DNA of 64,000 nucleotides. Source: Lama guanicoe. Its lineage: Eukaryota. The position numbers and the translations under genes are program-made. This document shows, in pieces, positions 13,195 to 26,985 of the stretch (its first letter is position 1; each line of letters opens with the position of its first letter). A model generated the notes under the pieces. It ran no database searches. It was not told the origin of the DNA and saw nothing but the letters and a program-made list of their open reading frames with translations. The stretch covers positions 14,784,851 through 14,848,850 of the forward strand of contig MU056000.1 of assembly GCA_013239625.1 (NCBI GenBank). Reading direction: 5' to 3'.

Positions 13195-13650
13195 AGTATA
13201 GACTGCTGATAGTCCTCAATATCTATTTTCTTTCTTTCTTACTAATAGAATCCACAATATTTAGCTAGACAAATGTCCACTTAAGAATAAAGATTGAATT
13301 TCCATATTTTTCTTACAATAATTTTAGTCATGTAATTAAATCCACAGTAAAAATATCAAAGTGATGTGTGTGGCTTCCAGGAAGTTTCTTTATAAGGAAT
13401 CTGATGTGTCTTTTTTTCCTTCCTAATTCTGCCTAGATATGTGGATGTGACATGTGGTAGGACCTTCTGCAGACAGCATGTCTGGTCCATGCTGTACCAG
13501 CTATAACTGAAGGACGAGAACATGACACAAGGAGAGGGGATCTCTGATGTTAGTGGAATTGCCCTACAATTGCTGCACTGCTTACCATCAAACTCTGCAT
13601 AAACTTCCATTCCTGCTTTTAACCACTCTCCAGGTTTTCTTGTTTTTGTT
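13195..13650 (+). mobile_element. MaLR LTR (MLT1J-like)
   Basis: ttctttcttactaatagaatcc...aagtgatgtgtgtggcttccaggaagtttcttta...ttaaccact resembles old MLT1 LTRs. Confidence 0.55.
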
Positions 13651-15009
13651 GTTTGTTAGGTGAAATAGTATATTATGGCCCTATTCTATTTCAACTAAGT
13701 TTTAAACATATTAAGAAAAAATCATCCAAATAGCATGATTGACATGATCTAAATTCTGTCAAAATCTTCACTTGATTCAGTTAATGGTATATGCCTTGAG
13801 TTAATTTCAAAATTATCTTTTTTGTGTTAAAGTTTTAATCACTTATCTAAAGGCAACTGGAAATGAATAATGTCAAGTATCGATTCAGTAGCATCCATGT
13901 TTGTGGAGACAGTGTGGGCTGGCCAACTACTGCTACTTTTTTGTTATTGAAAAAAGACAGATCTTTTCACTTATTTGCATACTTAGCCAAACATCAAAGT
14001 TCTAATAATCATGAAGACAGTTGGAACCATTTGACAAAAAAAGGGATGTCAAGGTGAGAAAGAGGATACTGGAAACAACTTTTTTCTGTAGAGCAAATTT
14101 TGACTATTTTGGTTGCTTTTATGTATGTAGAATACCTTGCTCACAGTAAACAAATTCTATAAAATACAAAATGTTAGTACCTAACTATATACTGTGACAC
14201 ATACACACACACACACAACATAATATATAACTAGTTGTAAATTCGATGTGTTCTGTGTCCATAAAATTTAGTTGCTTGCCATGTGAATGAACTAAAGTAT
14301 ATATTTCATTATCAGAAATGTATCTCTTATTTTAAAATTTTCAATATAATATTCACCTGGAAATCAGCAGTGGAAAAATTTTCAATAACAAAAATTCTCT
14401 GAGACATCTGGGTTTATTTCTCTCTGTCATATAGCCTTGATTAAATAATAATTGTCCTTTTAACAATTTGCTGGGTATGAGACAAATATATAACATTTAT
14501 GTAGACTTTTAAAAATTAGTTATAATATATTCACTTTGAATATTGATTTAAACTGTGTGCTATAGATATAGAAAAACATAATGAAAGTAGAGAAAATTAA
14601 TTTTATGATCTTGAATTAAAATAACTGTGTCAAGCCGGTAAATGAGTAAACTTAATAACCAAATTTCAGTAATTACATAGTGGGTTATAGATAATAATGA
14701 TGATGATTTTTTTATTTACTTGACTTTTTTACATACACACAAGTTTTTCTGATTAGGCCTGATGACATTAGAACAAGTATATTTGTAATGCCATCATTAC
14801 ATATAATTATATGTTCTCCAATTGGCTTAACCACAATATTGTAATCAAAATACATTGTGTAATTACAGAGTTCTGGGCACTGTGTTGACCTCTATGATAA
14901 AATTACAGTGTTGCTTTATTAAATACACACATGCAGACATTTTAGAAACCTCTAGCTCTATAAGAGTAAAGAATATTTCTTAATGAATTTTTAGCAATCT
15001 GGAGACTAT

Positions 15010-15370
15010 TATATAGTGCAGTGCACTTGTCAGTTGCTACACTTTGAGAAAATAAGATGCAGGTATCTACTAGACTCAAAAGTGCATGTGCCTTATAACC
15101 CAGCAATGTGAATTGAGTAAATACACTGATATGCAGAGCTGAATATACAGTAATGGTTTTGCAGCATTGTTTAGTGTGGCAAAAGAAAGCAAAATAAAAA
15201 TTGGAAGGCTTTGCATACGGAATTTTAAAATAAATTTTTCTGTTATAATTGGGATGTTGTCATTATTAAAGGATACATTAATCTGCTTGTATTAACCTGA
15301 ACCTACATCTACTATACACTTTAAAGCAAAAGAAAAGTTTGCAAAATAATTATGTGCTACATTCTCATAT
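15010..15370 (+). mobile_element. Ancient L1 (L1ME-like) 3' fragment
   Basis: gtgcatgtgccttataacccagcaat...gcagcattgtttagtgtggcaaaag. Confidence 0.45.
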
Positions 15371-15419
15371 TATAGAACATTAGCTAACACACTCATGCAT
15401 TTCTCATACAGACCCACAC

Positions 15420-15590
15420 TAAGAGATTTACACACATTATCTAATACATCCTCAAGTCAACCATGTGTTAAAGCATTTTTTTTAATCATTCCCATGCTAT
15501 ACACAGGGAAGCTGAGGCACAGAGAAGTTCAGTAATTTTCCCAGAGTCACAGTAATAATGAACAGTCAAGCCACTTGAATAACAGGACTT
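15420..15590 (-). mobile_element. MIR SINE
   Basis: Antisense MIR core: cccatgctatacacagggaagctgaggcacagagaagttcagtaattttcccagagtcacag. Confidence 0.6.
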
Positions 15591-15979
15591 TGAAAACTTT
15601 CAAAGGGATCTGAAGACCACTTAATTGCAGCATTATTATATTCCCTAAGTCTCAGGACTGCTTTATTTTAAAATAATTAAATATCTTCAACATTGGGCTT
15701 ACTGATTTTATGATGACACTTGGTAAAGCCTCGTAAGTTTCTGATGCACAAAATAAAAATGTACATCAAACCAGATAGAAGTATTCAGTGTTTTGTAGTT
15801 GACTGAATAAATGTACCTACAGTGGTTATTTAATGAAATATGGTAATTTAAGATGAAAAAAATTATACATCCAGGTTCTGTAACTTGCATTACTCTAAAT
15901 AAAAAATTTTAACAATGATGTAAGTATTAGGGCTGCTCGTAGTACTCAGTTTTTCTCCCTCTGTGAAACTAACAAGATG

Positions 15980-16235
15980 ACAGTATCCTACCCTGCTTAA
16001 ATTTACATGGGGCTGTATCACTGGTTTTGACCAATGGCACTTGAGCAGAAGGGATTTATACAAGGTTCCTAAAAGAGGCTTTGTGAGTGATGCTGGATAA
16101 GTCACAATGGACTTTTACCAGCTGTATCCACGGGTGACTAAGTCCGTTTGCTGACCTCTGTTAGTCACTGACATTTTTTTAGATTTAGAGGTTGCTTATT
16201 GCTGCAGCACTGTATAGCCCATCCTGACTGATATT
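15980..16235 (+). mobile_element. Old MLT1 LTR fragment
   Basis: actggttttgaccaatggcacttgagcagaag...gaggttgcttattgctgcagcactgtatagcccatcctgactgata. Confidence 0.45.
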
Positions 16236-16619
16236 CAGAACAGGACAGAATTTTTGCTTTAGAAACAGATGAAGATCTTTACCAGGGAAAACTAGATAAC
16301 ATATTAAATGATAAAACCAGGGTCTGAGATTAGGGATTTACAACAATATATTTTTGATGAACTTGATTAAGGACTTATAGAAAGCTCTTCAGCTGAGGTT
16401 AAAAGAAAACAAAACAAAAACAAACAAAAATAACGTGCTGTAAAGATTTCAGTTGGGAAAAGCCCACTTTAGGATGTGTTTAATGCTATGTCTTGGTGGA
16501 AAACCAAATGTAATCTAAATGTCATGTAGAAAATCCCTTCTTCATGATTGGCTTATCAGAACTAGGCAATTTGCTAGTCTTTGTTCTAAAACAAATTCTC
16601 ACTTTAGTATATAAAAAGG

Positions 16620-17060
16620 GAAGTTGAGGTTTGCCTCTGCGGTGAAACCGGGCCAAGCAGCTGGTTGGGGCACACAGTTGACTGACAGCTCTAGAGGATT
16701 CCTCTCTGCTCCCCCTACTACTTGTGCTCCAAAGCCACCTTCCCATAGCTGTTCCTGGCCAGTGACTGGGCACAGCAAGGTGCTACTAAGGCCCAGTCCT
16801 GCCCACTCCTGCCCACTACGGTGGGGGGGGGGACATCTGGCTTAGGAACATCTACTGCCCTGGCCAAAACATGTTTAGAATTGGGCTGCTTTCTGCTACT
16901 CATTTGACCCAGTCTTCCTTCTTTCCTCTCTTTCACACACGTCAGAAGCTTATAGTGGCTGAAGGCTCTCTCTGCCTGTTCCTGTTACTTCCCCTCAGCT
17001 TGCAAAGGTGTTTTTTCCTGTAAATCTCTTGAACATCTAATTCCAACTAGGCAGATTCAA
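16620..17060 (+). mobile_element. ERVL solo LTR (LTR16A-like)
   Basis: GC-rich block ending in ccttctttcctctctttcacacacgtcaga...tgaaggctctc...taaatctcttgaacatctaattcc, like the LTR16 R/U5 end. Confidence 0.65.
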
Positions 17061-19799
17061 AGTACCACAACTTTACTTTGGCTATTAGTTTCAGTGGAAA
17101 ATAGGTTTGTATACATAATATACATAAACATATGTATTGGCTAAATATATTATCATTAATAGATCCACATTTCCAGTGCTTAAAAATAAGCTTTACAGAA
17201 TATTAAAAATAAAACCTTTAAAAATATTAATACTGTTTATAGAATTTCAATGTGTGAATAATATGTACATCAAAGATTCATATGGACTTTTTCTTCTACT
17301 TACGATACAAAAATATCTCTTTAGAGTTATGGAGGGGAGAAATCTATTCCTGAAGAAACATTTTTTATTTAAAGCAAAGTGGAAGAATGGACATTAATAA
17401 ATATATGAGCATGCACTGAAAACATTATTTTCTTATTTCCAAACTATATAGGCAAAGTGAATTTAGTTTTGTGTTCACTTAAGCAAAATACTGAAATAAA
17501 CTTAACTGAAACAAACAGTATACATTTTAAAAAATAAAACTAAGAGAAAATAACACATAGTCTGTCATTTATCAAAGCAACCACTTTATTACATTTTACT
17601 GAAAACTTTTGTTTTTTATCAAACCACTTGTTTTGGAAGTAGGATGTGGGGATTTTGTCCTGGCTGTATTCACATTCCTCATTTAGAAAAGCTGAGGAAA
17701 AATCCTGCCCCTCTGCCCAAAGTTGATTAGATTAGCATGTGTACTTTGATCCAAGGGGCCACTAACTTATTGACTATGCATCGAATAGTTTGGCAAGAGA
17801 GTTCGGCGTAAGGGGAAATGCTTATTGAATTTTCCTGAACTAATCAGAGCTCTGATTGCAAATACAGTGAAGGCAGGGACTTCAGCTAGGTTCGGGGCTT
17901 TATCTTTTTGTCATATAACAATGCCTGGCAAAGAGTAGTGATTTACTGAATAACGATGAATTCTAGATAATTTGGATGTGAGACATAAGATAGTGGTAGC
18001 AATTTATTGCAGGGATAGGAGCTGAAAGATGAATTAAGATGATACATTAAGCTTGAAACATGAGGCAGGAGAAGCTCTACTTAAGCTGAAGACTTAATTT
18101 AAAAGATATTATGAATTAGATGAGGGAAGGCTACGGAGAACAGAAAAAAGTTACATAGTGGGGGACTGCTGTTCCAGAAGCAGAGACCAAGAATAACACA
18201 GACATGACAGTAAGGAGAAACTAGCGGGGGGGAAGAACGCTTATTACGGGCAAACTGGCCACTTCTGAAAGGTCGTTACTTCTACTAGACCAGGAATAGG
18301 TCCTGATAAGAAGGAAGTAAGTTTAAAAATAGAGAAAGATGTGGAGTAAATGAAAATCTCCATAGAAACCACGAATACAGCTCAATTATGTGAATTATTT
18401 TTGGGTACCAAGAGATACTGTTTTTTTCTTAAGGGTGGTTTGGTCTTCATCAGGTTTATCTATGAGATCACTGCTGTTCTCATTATATTCACAATAGTAA
18501 AAAACTCACTAATTTGTAAGACATATACATGTTTTCAAACCTTACAACCCCAAATAACCTAGCACACATATCATTATGTCCTTTGAAAGGAAATGTTATC
18601 ATAAGCCTAATTAAATTAGGAAGCAGTGAGATATAAATTGTTATTAAGTATAATTTAAAAACAAAGTAGATTAAATTAGCTGAAGCATTATTTTGTGTTG
18701 AACATTTTTCATATAAAATATCTGTCTAAAGAAAATACTGGCAATGCGATCAATTATCTTATATCTGAAAGAGTTGAAGTGTGCCACTTGAAGACCTTCC
18801 TTGACTGAGGAAAGCACACAAACAGATAATGTCACTCTCTCTATTGAAGAGTAGAGAAGCTCAGAAAGTTGTTCCCCTATTGCCGTGTTCTATGAAACAA
18901 GAACTAGAGTGCAGGTATAACTTTTTAATTTTTTTCAATTTCCCTGGGAATAGAGCAACAGTCTCTAAGGGTATGAAAAGTCCTTTTTCCAATACATCTT
19001 GCAACATCATATAGAAATATGTTGCAATCGGTTGCCAAGTTAGACGCTTGCTTAATGTCAGCAATTTTCTTTCTGAAACCAATTTTGCACTCAGCATCGG
19101 GAGGACATATTGAAGGGAGACTGTGTGCCCTCTGCACTTGGAAAATTTTTATTTCCTGGGATTTAAAAAAAAGCAACTGTGGGAGCAGTAAAAAAAAAAT
19201 GGAGCAGTAAAAAAAAAAAGCAACTATGTTTATTGTCATGGGATCTTAAGAAGAAATAAGAAGAAAATGAATTATAGAAAACATATTATTTGAATGTTCC
19301 AGAACAATTTCTAAACCTGCTTATTTCTTTAACCCTCCCTAAAAAAATCTAGTATTTGGACAGAGAAAATACCTCCTACTCTATTATGTGAAAAATTAAA
19401 ATACACTGCACCAAACATTCCGAGGAATTTATAACAGAAGAAATGTTGTCTTTGTACTCTTGCCTTCATGGCTGGAGGATAAATTTCAACTAATCAGTTT
19501 TGAAAAATGCATACCTAAATGTTCATAAAAATTTTGAATACATTTTTATATCTTTTTTAACAATCAAACTTCAAATTCTCTTTCTTACATGCTCAGTACA
19601 AATTGTTAGGAGCCAAAATAATTCCTGTGAGCTGTACTGTTTTAACTATCTGAAGTAAATAACCTGATGTATAATATAAAAAGGCTTCTGTTCACTTAAA
19701 AATCTTTTCTTTAAAAATAATTTTACAGCAAGTAATGTCATCTCATCTTAGAAGAACTATTAATTGAAATTTAAGTATTGATAACAACAGTAACCGTAA

Positions 19800-20030
19800 A
19801 ACAATGGTGAGTATTTTTTCTATACCATGTACTGAGTTCAGTATCTTATATACATTATCCAATTTCATGTTGATAATAACCTTGAATTGTAACTTTTATT
19901 AGTCATATTTTATATATTTGAGGTAATGTGATGCAAAGAAATCAAATAAATGCCCCACAGTTATAAAGATAAGAAACATGAAGGATGCATCAAATCCAGG
20001 TATTTCACTCAAAAGCCCATGTCCCTTCCA
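19800..20030 (-). mobile_element. MIR SINE
   Basis: Decayed antisense MIR (tataccatgtactgagttcagtatcttatatacattatccaatttcat...tgccccacagttata...). Confidence 0.5.
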
Positions 20031-20983
20031 AATTAACTAATATCTTTGCTTTATAAAAGAGAAAAATGTATTCAATATTTTAACTATACTTATAATTGTG
20101 ATGTGAGCACTGAATTCTTATTACTAGTAATCTGTTAAGATCCATCTAAACCATGTGACAATTACCTGAAGTAAACTCCCACATTTTAGGCTTCTGAAGA
20201 TGACAGAAGGTTTTTTTGAGAATAATGAAATGCAGATACTGTGATTAAAAACATGGGTTAAATATGCAATAATTTTTAAATGAATGTAACTGTAACTACT
20301 ATTTTTAATTTAAAATATAATAGGGACACTGTCAATATGGCAGAAGCGGTAGTCTGTCTCAGTCCAGCCCGAGTTTTTTTGTTTTTGTTTTTGTTTTTTT
20401 TCCTTGAGCACCCTTGGTTTTCTTACCCACTGCCAACTTTAGGATCAACGATATATGTTGCTTCACATTTAAAACTCCTTTCCACTTTTGCAGAGTCTTT
20501 ACCCTGGAAATGTGGTGAGGCTTTTCTTTCCCACAATATACTCTCCCACACAATGGCTGCTGGTTTAGTTTGTTAAATGTAGCAAGCATTTTTTCTGTTT
20601 GCTTCCCTGGGCAGCTTTCTCTAAAACCTGAATCACTGCTCTCTTTGATCTCTGGCTGAGACATCATTTTCTCCAGGAGCTGAGGTGAAGAATGGCATTT
20701 TATTCTATTACTTCAGTAGGAGAAGCCACTTCATTGTCAAGTTCGAGTGGAAAATATCTCCTATGACTCTTTCTATTTAATATCATTGACATCTTTCAGG
20801 CAACAGATTCTCAGCTACTTCCTTACTACATCATTCTCAGTAATGTGCACTCTGGGGTCCGCCATTTTGCCTGAATTTCCTTAACCTCCTGTCAATTCAT
20901 CCAAGGGCACTTTCCTACCCCTGGATCCTACCCCATCTACAATACAGCCCTTTTATTTGAATGAAATAATTGATTCTTGCCTC

Positions 20984-21008
20984 TGTGTGTGTGTGTGTGT
21001 GTGTGTGT
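20984..21008. repeat. (TG)n microsatellite
   Basis: Direct read of an uninterrupted tg run. Confidence 0.95.
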
Positions 21009-23849
21009 ATATGACATTTTATACTGAAGCTTAATTTTCCTTTTAAAAGACAGAACTGTTAAGACCACACCAACACAGCTGTGCAAAAGTCTATGACATT
21101 TATTATCCATCTCTTTTTCAATTATCTGCCCTAAAATTAAAATCAAGTTTTTTTTATAGAAATTACCATAGGTCAAATTATTCCATGAAAAAAAATAACC
21201 ACCTAAAACCCCAACTGAATAGAGTTAGGGGACCAGAATGGAGAACTCTCACCGTATCTGTAAAGATAGCAGGTCCCAACAGGAAGAGACTCTTCTTCCT
21301 TCTGGGCAAGGACTCAGCTAATGAAAAGCCATGGAATCCTTGTTTACTATAGCCCTTCCTGAATTGCAATTTTTGATTCTAATTCTGAATGAACCTCCTT
21401 TTTTTTTTTTTTTGTCTGGAGAAATAACTGGTGGTCTATTTGTTTTAGGTCAACAATTTTCTTATACCAGTTCAATACCATCTCCTCATTATTTAGGTTT
21501 GTGGTATAAACATAAGTTCCAGAATCCCTGTCTAACAGTCTCTGCCATAATATATAACTGAAATTTGGGAAACTTCGTTACTGAAGTATGTAATAAAAAT
21601 GAAATCATTAAAACTATCATAATACATAATAATAACAGCAAAATATCAAAAAGACATATAATAATATATCAAAAATAAATTAAGAGTAGTAGCTTCCTCT
21701 AGATTGTTGTTTAAGAAAGAAGCATTGACTCTCTAGTTCTGGAGCCATAGTTCTTTTCTTCCCTTTTTCTTTCTTTTTTTTTTTTAATTTTTAGCTATAT
21801 TATTTCCCTGGTGATGGATCAGAAATCTGAAATTGTAAGTATATGTACTCCAAAATGGAAATGCACACATTCATGTCTTAAAGGGTAAGCAGATTGAAGA
21901 CAAAGAGACTGCCAGTAAAATTTATACAGAAATTATTACTTTTTTACTCTGCATCCCTACACACATGACAGAATAACCACTGATGAGGAACGTGCTCTTC
22001 ATTTGATGATGCATAACTGATTGAAAGGAGATGAAAGGAGGCATGTTAACATAAAACAAACAAACAAACAAAACAAAACAAAAATAAGAGTCCCTCTTGC
22101 TCTCTACCTTCCATGACACAGGAATTTCAGCTGCAGAGACAAGGCCAAGCAAATCAGAGGAAAGTTAATTTTTCCCAATGAAAACAGCTTAAAAATCCAA
22201 GTGAACCCCCCAAACCAGAGCCAACTCCCATACTTAAGACTTCAATACTGTATCCCCCAGAAGAGATGACCTTAGAATGGGTTACCCTACACAATTACAA
22301 GCTCTAAATTTCATTAGTCATAGAATCTGAAACAAATTCCTGTAATTTTCTGGCCCCTCTTCACTGATATTTATACAAAATACTTTAAATATATAAAGAG
22401 GATGTGCATAGAAAAGCAATAAACGTTTTTTAATATGCTCTACGTTTAAAGTCTAATCTGTGGAAATTATTTTCTACCATTTTCTACCACTTTTGGTAAT
22501 TCAGAGCTGAGAACACATAATTTGTTTCATTATGTGCTAATGTGTAAAATGAAAAAAATTAATACAATACGCATCTCTTAAACTACCTTAGACTGTATAT
22601 TGTAGAGAGAACCAATCCAAAGTTAAGCTGACTTTCTGTAATGAAGTGCTAAAAAGAAGAAACAAAATTAATGAAAACTGGATACATGGCTTAGAAGAAA
22701 AGCCTGAAAGTTTTCAAATAGTTGTGCTGAAAAGACACTTATTTCAGTCAGGAAACTTCATTGGCTATGCCCTTTATTTTTAAATAGTAAAGCAACTAAT
22801 CTGTATATTTAGGAATATTTTCAATAATTATATGTCAAACTTTGTAATTACATATCATTTATGTTACTGTTTCACACATTTTATAGAAATGTTTATTGAT
22901 GCCAAGGATCTAACATGAAGGATCAATTGGGTAACAGCTCCTGTAGAAAAACAAAAGAATACCACCTAGGGAAACTGATTCCAGATGGTCCACTTGAAGG
23001 AGTAAAATACCCAAACAGATTAATAAATAATTACACTATAATCTACACTTCATAAAACTCCCAAATGTCCAAATTATAATAAGAATTTTTGAATTTATTT
23101 CACTGGAGTTTAATGTATTTAATTTAAATGGGAAAAAAACAGTAATTTTTCTCATACAGATTTTTTGAGCTTAAGTTATTTTCTTTTTTAATGATTGAAA
23201 AAATCATACTAAATTTGGAATTTTTATCTGAAAACTGAAGTTTTCTCTAAATGGTCTGTTAGTGCATTTAAAATTTCTTCATAAACCTAATAGCTTTTAG
23301 TTTTATTTATTTCCCTTCTTTATTCCAAACTCAGATGGCTGGAATCTGGAGAATAAATCTAACTGCACAGTTTTCTCCTCTCTGGTTAAGGGTGGGCAGC
23401 TTTTTGTGCTTCTGGTTATGGTGAACTTATGCAGGAAACATGTGGGTCTGAGAGTTGAAATGGCTGGGTGGTTGGGTGCCTAGATATTCGAGCCCATCTC
23501 CAGTTGCCTAAATTTTGACTAACATCAGATTACTCCAGGGACTTGCCCTAGCTTGATGACAGCCTGTGTTCAGTAAAATGTTTGCATATGAAACATTTTA
23601 AGCATATGAAACTGTCTTAAGCTCTGCTTCTTGGAAACTCAATCGTGAGGCTCTTATTAAGAAGAATAAGCACATTTTTTCCCCTAAAATTTTTTTTCTT
23701 TCTTCTTTTCTCTATTCTCAACATAAAGGCAGTAGTTTTTTTCCTTCTCTGATACTTCAGATTTTGTTTTCTCTCTCTTTCCCTCCCTCTCTCTCTCGGT
23801 CTCAATCTCTCTTTCCAGAATTTATTGTCAGTTGATCATTTGTCAGGAA

Positions 23850-24030
23850 TTATTTTGTTAATTCCTCACAGTGATTTTAGCAGGTACATAGCATTACCCT
23901 GTTTTCCCACCCCTTCCCCAGCTGATAATGTATCTAGAATGGAGACGCTAGAGATATTTGCCCAACGTCACGTATTTAGTAAGTGATAGAGTTGAGATTT
24001 GAATCTGGAATTGTGGATTTCAGGAAGTAA
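23850..24030 (-). mobile_element. MIR SINE
   Basis: tttgcccaacgtcacgtatttagtaagtgatagagttgagatttgaatctgg. Confidence 0.55.
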
Positions 24031-26454
24031 CCAGACTCCTGACTGCTGAATGACTCTGCTTCCTCTCATAATTTAGGGAGCCCAGTACTGACAAACAGCT
24101 GGATGAATCATCAGCTCTCTGATAGTCCATTTAGATGCTAACTGAATCTCCATTTCAAATTTTCAGCATGGGGCAGTTTGACAAATTACAGTTCTATGTA
24201 TAGAGAAAATACATACGAAAATATTTTAGACTTCTGAGTAATTTAAGGAAGTTCGCCTAGGTATGCAATGTTGGGACAACTCCTTTGTGGAGAGATTATG
24301 GAAATATCCCAAAGATATTAAACAAAAACCAACAGAAAAACTGGGAGTGGGGGTAGTAGGAGTTCTATTAAACACGTATTTTCTTCTTTTTACCTGACTA
24401 CCAACTTGGAGAATTTCTGTGAATGTGTGGTAGGCTTTATTTCAGTCTATACCACCCTGATTGCTTGTTTAGGGTCTTATTCATTTACGCTGGGTTCCAG
24501 TCCTAGTAGTCCAAGTAATCAACACAATTCTAAAGGCAGGGTTTATCTCATGAACTCTGAAGTCTGACTCTGCTTTTTCTTCTTCTTTTTTAGATTAATT
24601 CATGTTAGCATTTTTTATCCAAAGGTCGGGACTTTTTTTTTTTTTTGCACTCCTTGTGATTTATTAAATACAAGACTTAGCCTCTTGATAATTACTTTCA
24701 TTTGCCATAAAAGTCTTTTGTTTAAAAGGCTTTATGTACTTACTACCGTTGTTTCTTAATTTATTCCCAAGTGAGTTATTTCCAATTTCTCTTAGAAAAT
24801 GCTGGAACTGTTTCTATGCTGATACTTGTGTTTTACATCTCAATTTTTTTCTGGAAGCCTCTAAATGTGTAATAATTGAACTATATGTATTTTTATATAT
24901 CTGCATTCTCTTGGCTGTTTACATGGAAAAGCACAGGGACTAATCTCAATATTTTTACTTATCACAATCACAAGTCTTCAAAATTCCCAGTGTTTTATTT
25001 AAAGACCAAGAATTAAATAATAAAATAGAAAAACAAGATATTCAAAAGTTAAATTTTTAAAAGTTCATTACTGGACATTAATTGGAAAGAATACAGTTTA
25101 AATGAGGACTATAAATTGTCCTTGGAATCCCTACATCTTTCTTCTGCCAAATTGTGTCTGGAACATTTTTACAAAATTAATTGTACAACATCTGTAATGA
25201 GTATTCTTGTTTGCAGTTTGTCTAATTGTTAGAGGTCATTATGCTTCTGTTATGTTTTTCAATCACTTTTTTGCATATAAAACATCTCTATGTTGTTTAT
25301 ATAATTTGGTGAAAATGAGGAATTAAAATTAAAATGAGTATATTAAAATTAGAATTTTCTTGGGAAAAACATATCTCATTAGTCTTCAGTGAGCTGCATG
25401 TTTTTGTTCAAGTTTCTAAATATTTTTATAATAAAATAATTGCCTTTATAACAGTCATTAATAAAGATTAAATATAATTACCAGTTATTTCTTATATTCA
25501 AAAGCAAAGACTTCTTTCTTTAACAGAAATGGTTATAGTAGACATTGATTTGTTAACTTTTAACTAAAATACATAGTTTTTGATGTTGAAACCACTAAAA
25601 CAAAAATTATGAAGGGATACAGAAACACAGAATGACTTGATTGGGGTTATCAAGTGTGAAAGTGCAATTAATAAAACTACTGCTTATATATTATGTATGT
25701 GTTACACATATTCGTATGTTTATGAATATATATATGTGTGTGAGCGTGTATGTGTGTCTATGTATTTCTTCCAAATCCCTCTTCTCTTATTTCTTCTCTA
25801 ATATAATGTTGAGAGGTAAACATTCATTATAAACCTATGCTAGTGAGTAAACACTAGGATTATAATTATTCCACTTTTTTTATTTTTCATTAGAGTTATC
25901 CAAAGAATCTTTAACAAAATAAATTATTCCCTGAATATGACAGAATAATTTAGATAAAATTTTTCTTTAAAGATATTCCAGGAACTTCAGGTGTGTTGTT
26001 CTATAACTATTTGCTGGGTAGTCATTTAGTTGTCAACTCAAAATAAATTATTTTGAGAGAAATTTTATTGGCTCCAGGAAAATACATAATAATTATTATA
26101 TTTAAGGATGGAAATTTACGAATAAATGACCACATAGTAAGTAAAAGCACTTCACTGGAAACATTTTTTTTTTCTCAAACTAGAAACCAATTTCATGGGG
26201 GCAGGTTTGTACGTTTGTAAAAAAAAAAAATAAGAGAAATCAGTATATATCAAAATGACTTTAAATGCACAACAAAGAGTAGGCTTTCCCATATTGAGTT
26301 CATTCTTAAATAGATTAGGCCCCATACTTTCTTTCATCTGAACCATATATAAGGAGGTGGAGAGGGTATTGATAAGGACCCTGGGAACCTGGATCCTGAA
26401 AGGTAATAATGAAAATAGAATGTAGGTACAAAGAATTTTGCACAGTTAGTATTT

Positions 26455-26985
26455 GGGGTATATTTTTTTTATATTGCTACAGTAATAAAGCATCACAAAG
26501 TGGCAGCTAAAAACAACACAGTTTTATTATCTGATAGTTCTATATAGATTAGGAGCCTGATATGGGTCTCACTGGGCTAAAACTGAAGGGTTGGAAAAGC
26601 TGTGTTCCTCTCTGGAGGCTACAAAGGAAAATTTACTTCCTTGACTTCTCTAGCTTCTGGAGGTCACCTGCATTCCTTAGCTCCTGGCCCCTTTCCTCCA
26701 AGAAAGCCAACAAAGTTGCATCTCTGGCCATTCTTTCATAGTCACATCTCCCTTTCTGATCACGGCCAGGAAGGATTCTCTGCTTTTAAGGGTGCATGTG
26801 ATTAGACTGGACCCACCTGAATAATCCAGGACAATCTCCCCCCCTGCAGGTACTCAATCAGATCTGCAGTCCCTTTGGACATATGACATCCATACAAAGT
26901 AACATATGCATATGAGGCAACATACACATAAATTCTAGGGACAGCAACACAGACACCTGTGGGGGCCATTCTTCCGCCTACCACA
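26455..26985 (-). mobile_element. MaLR solo LTR (MLT1C/D-like)
   Basis: Antisense MLT1: gggtctcactgggctaaa...gattagactggacccacctgaataatccaggacaatctccc...ggggccattcttccgcctaccaca. Confidence 0.85.

Noticed and set aside
21981..22021. TGATGA...TGATGA...CTGA, resembling C/D box snoRNA motifs
   Set aside because: Only about 40 nt between boxes and no terminal stem, too short for a snoRNA.
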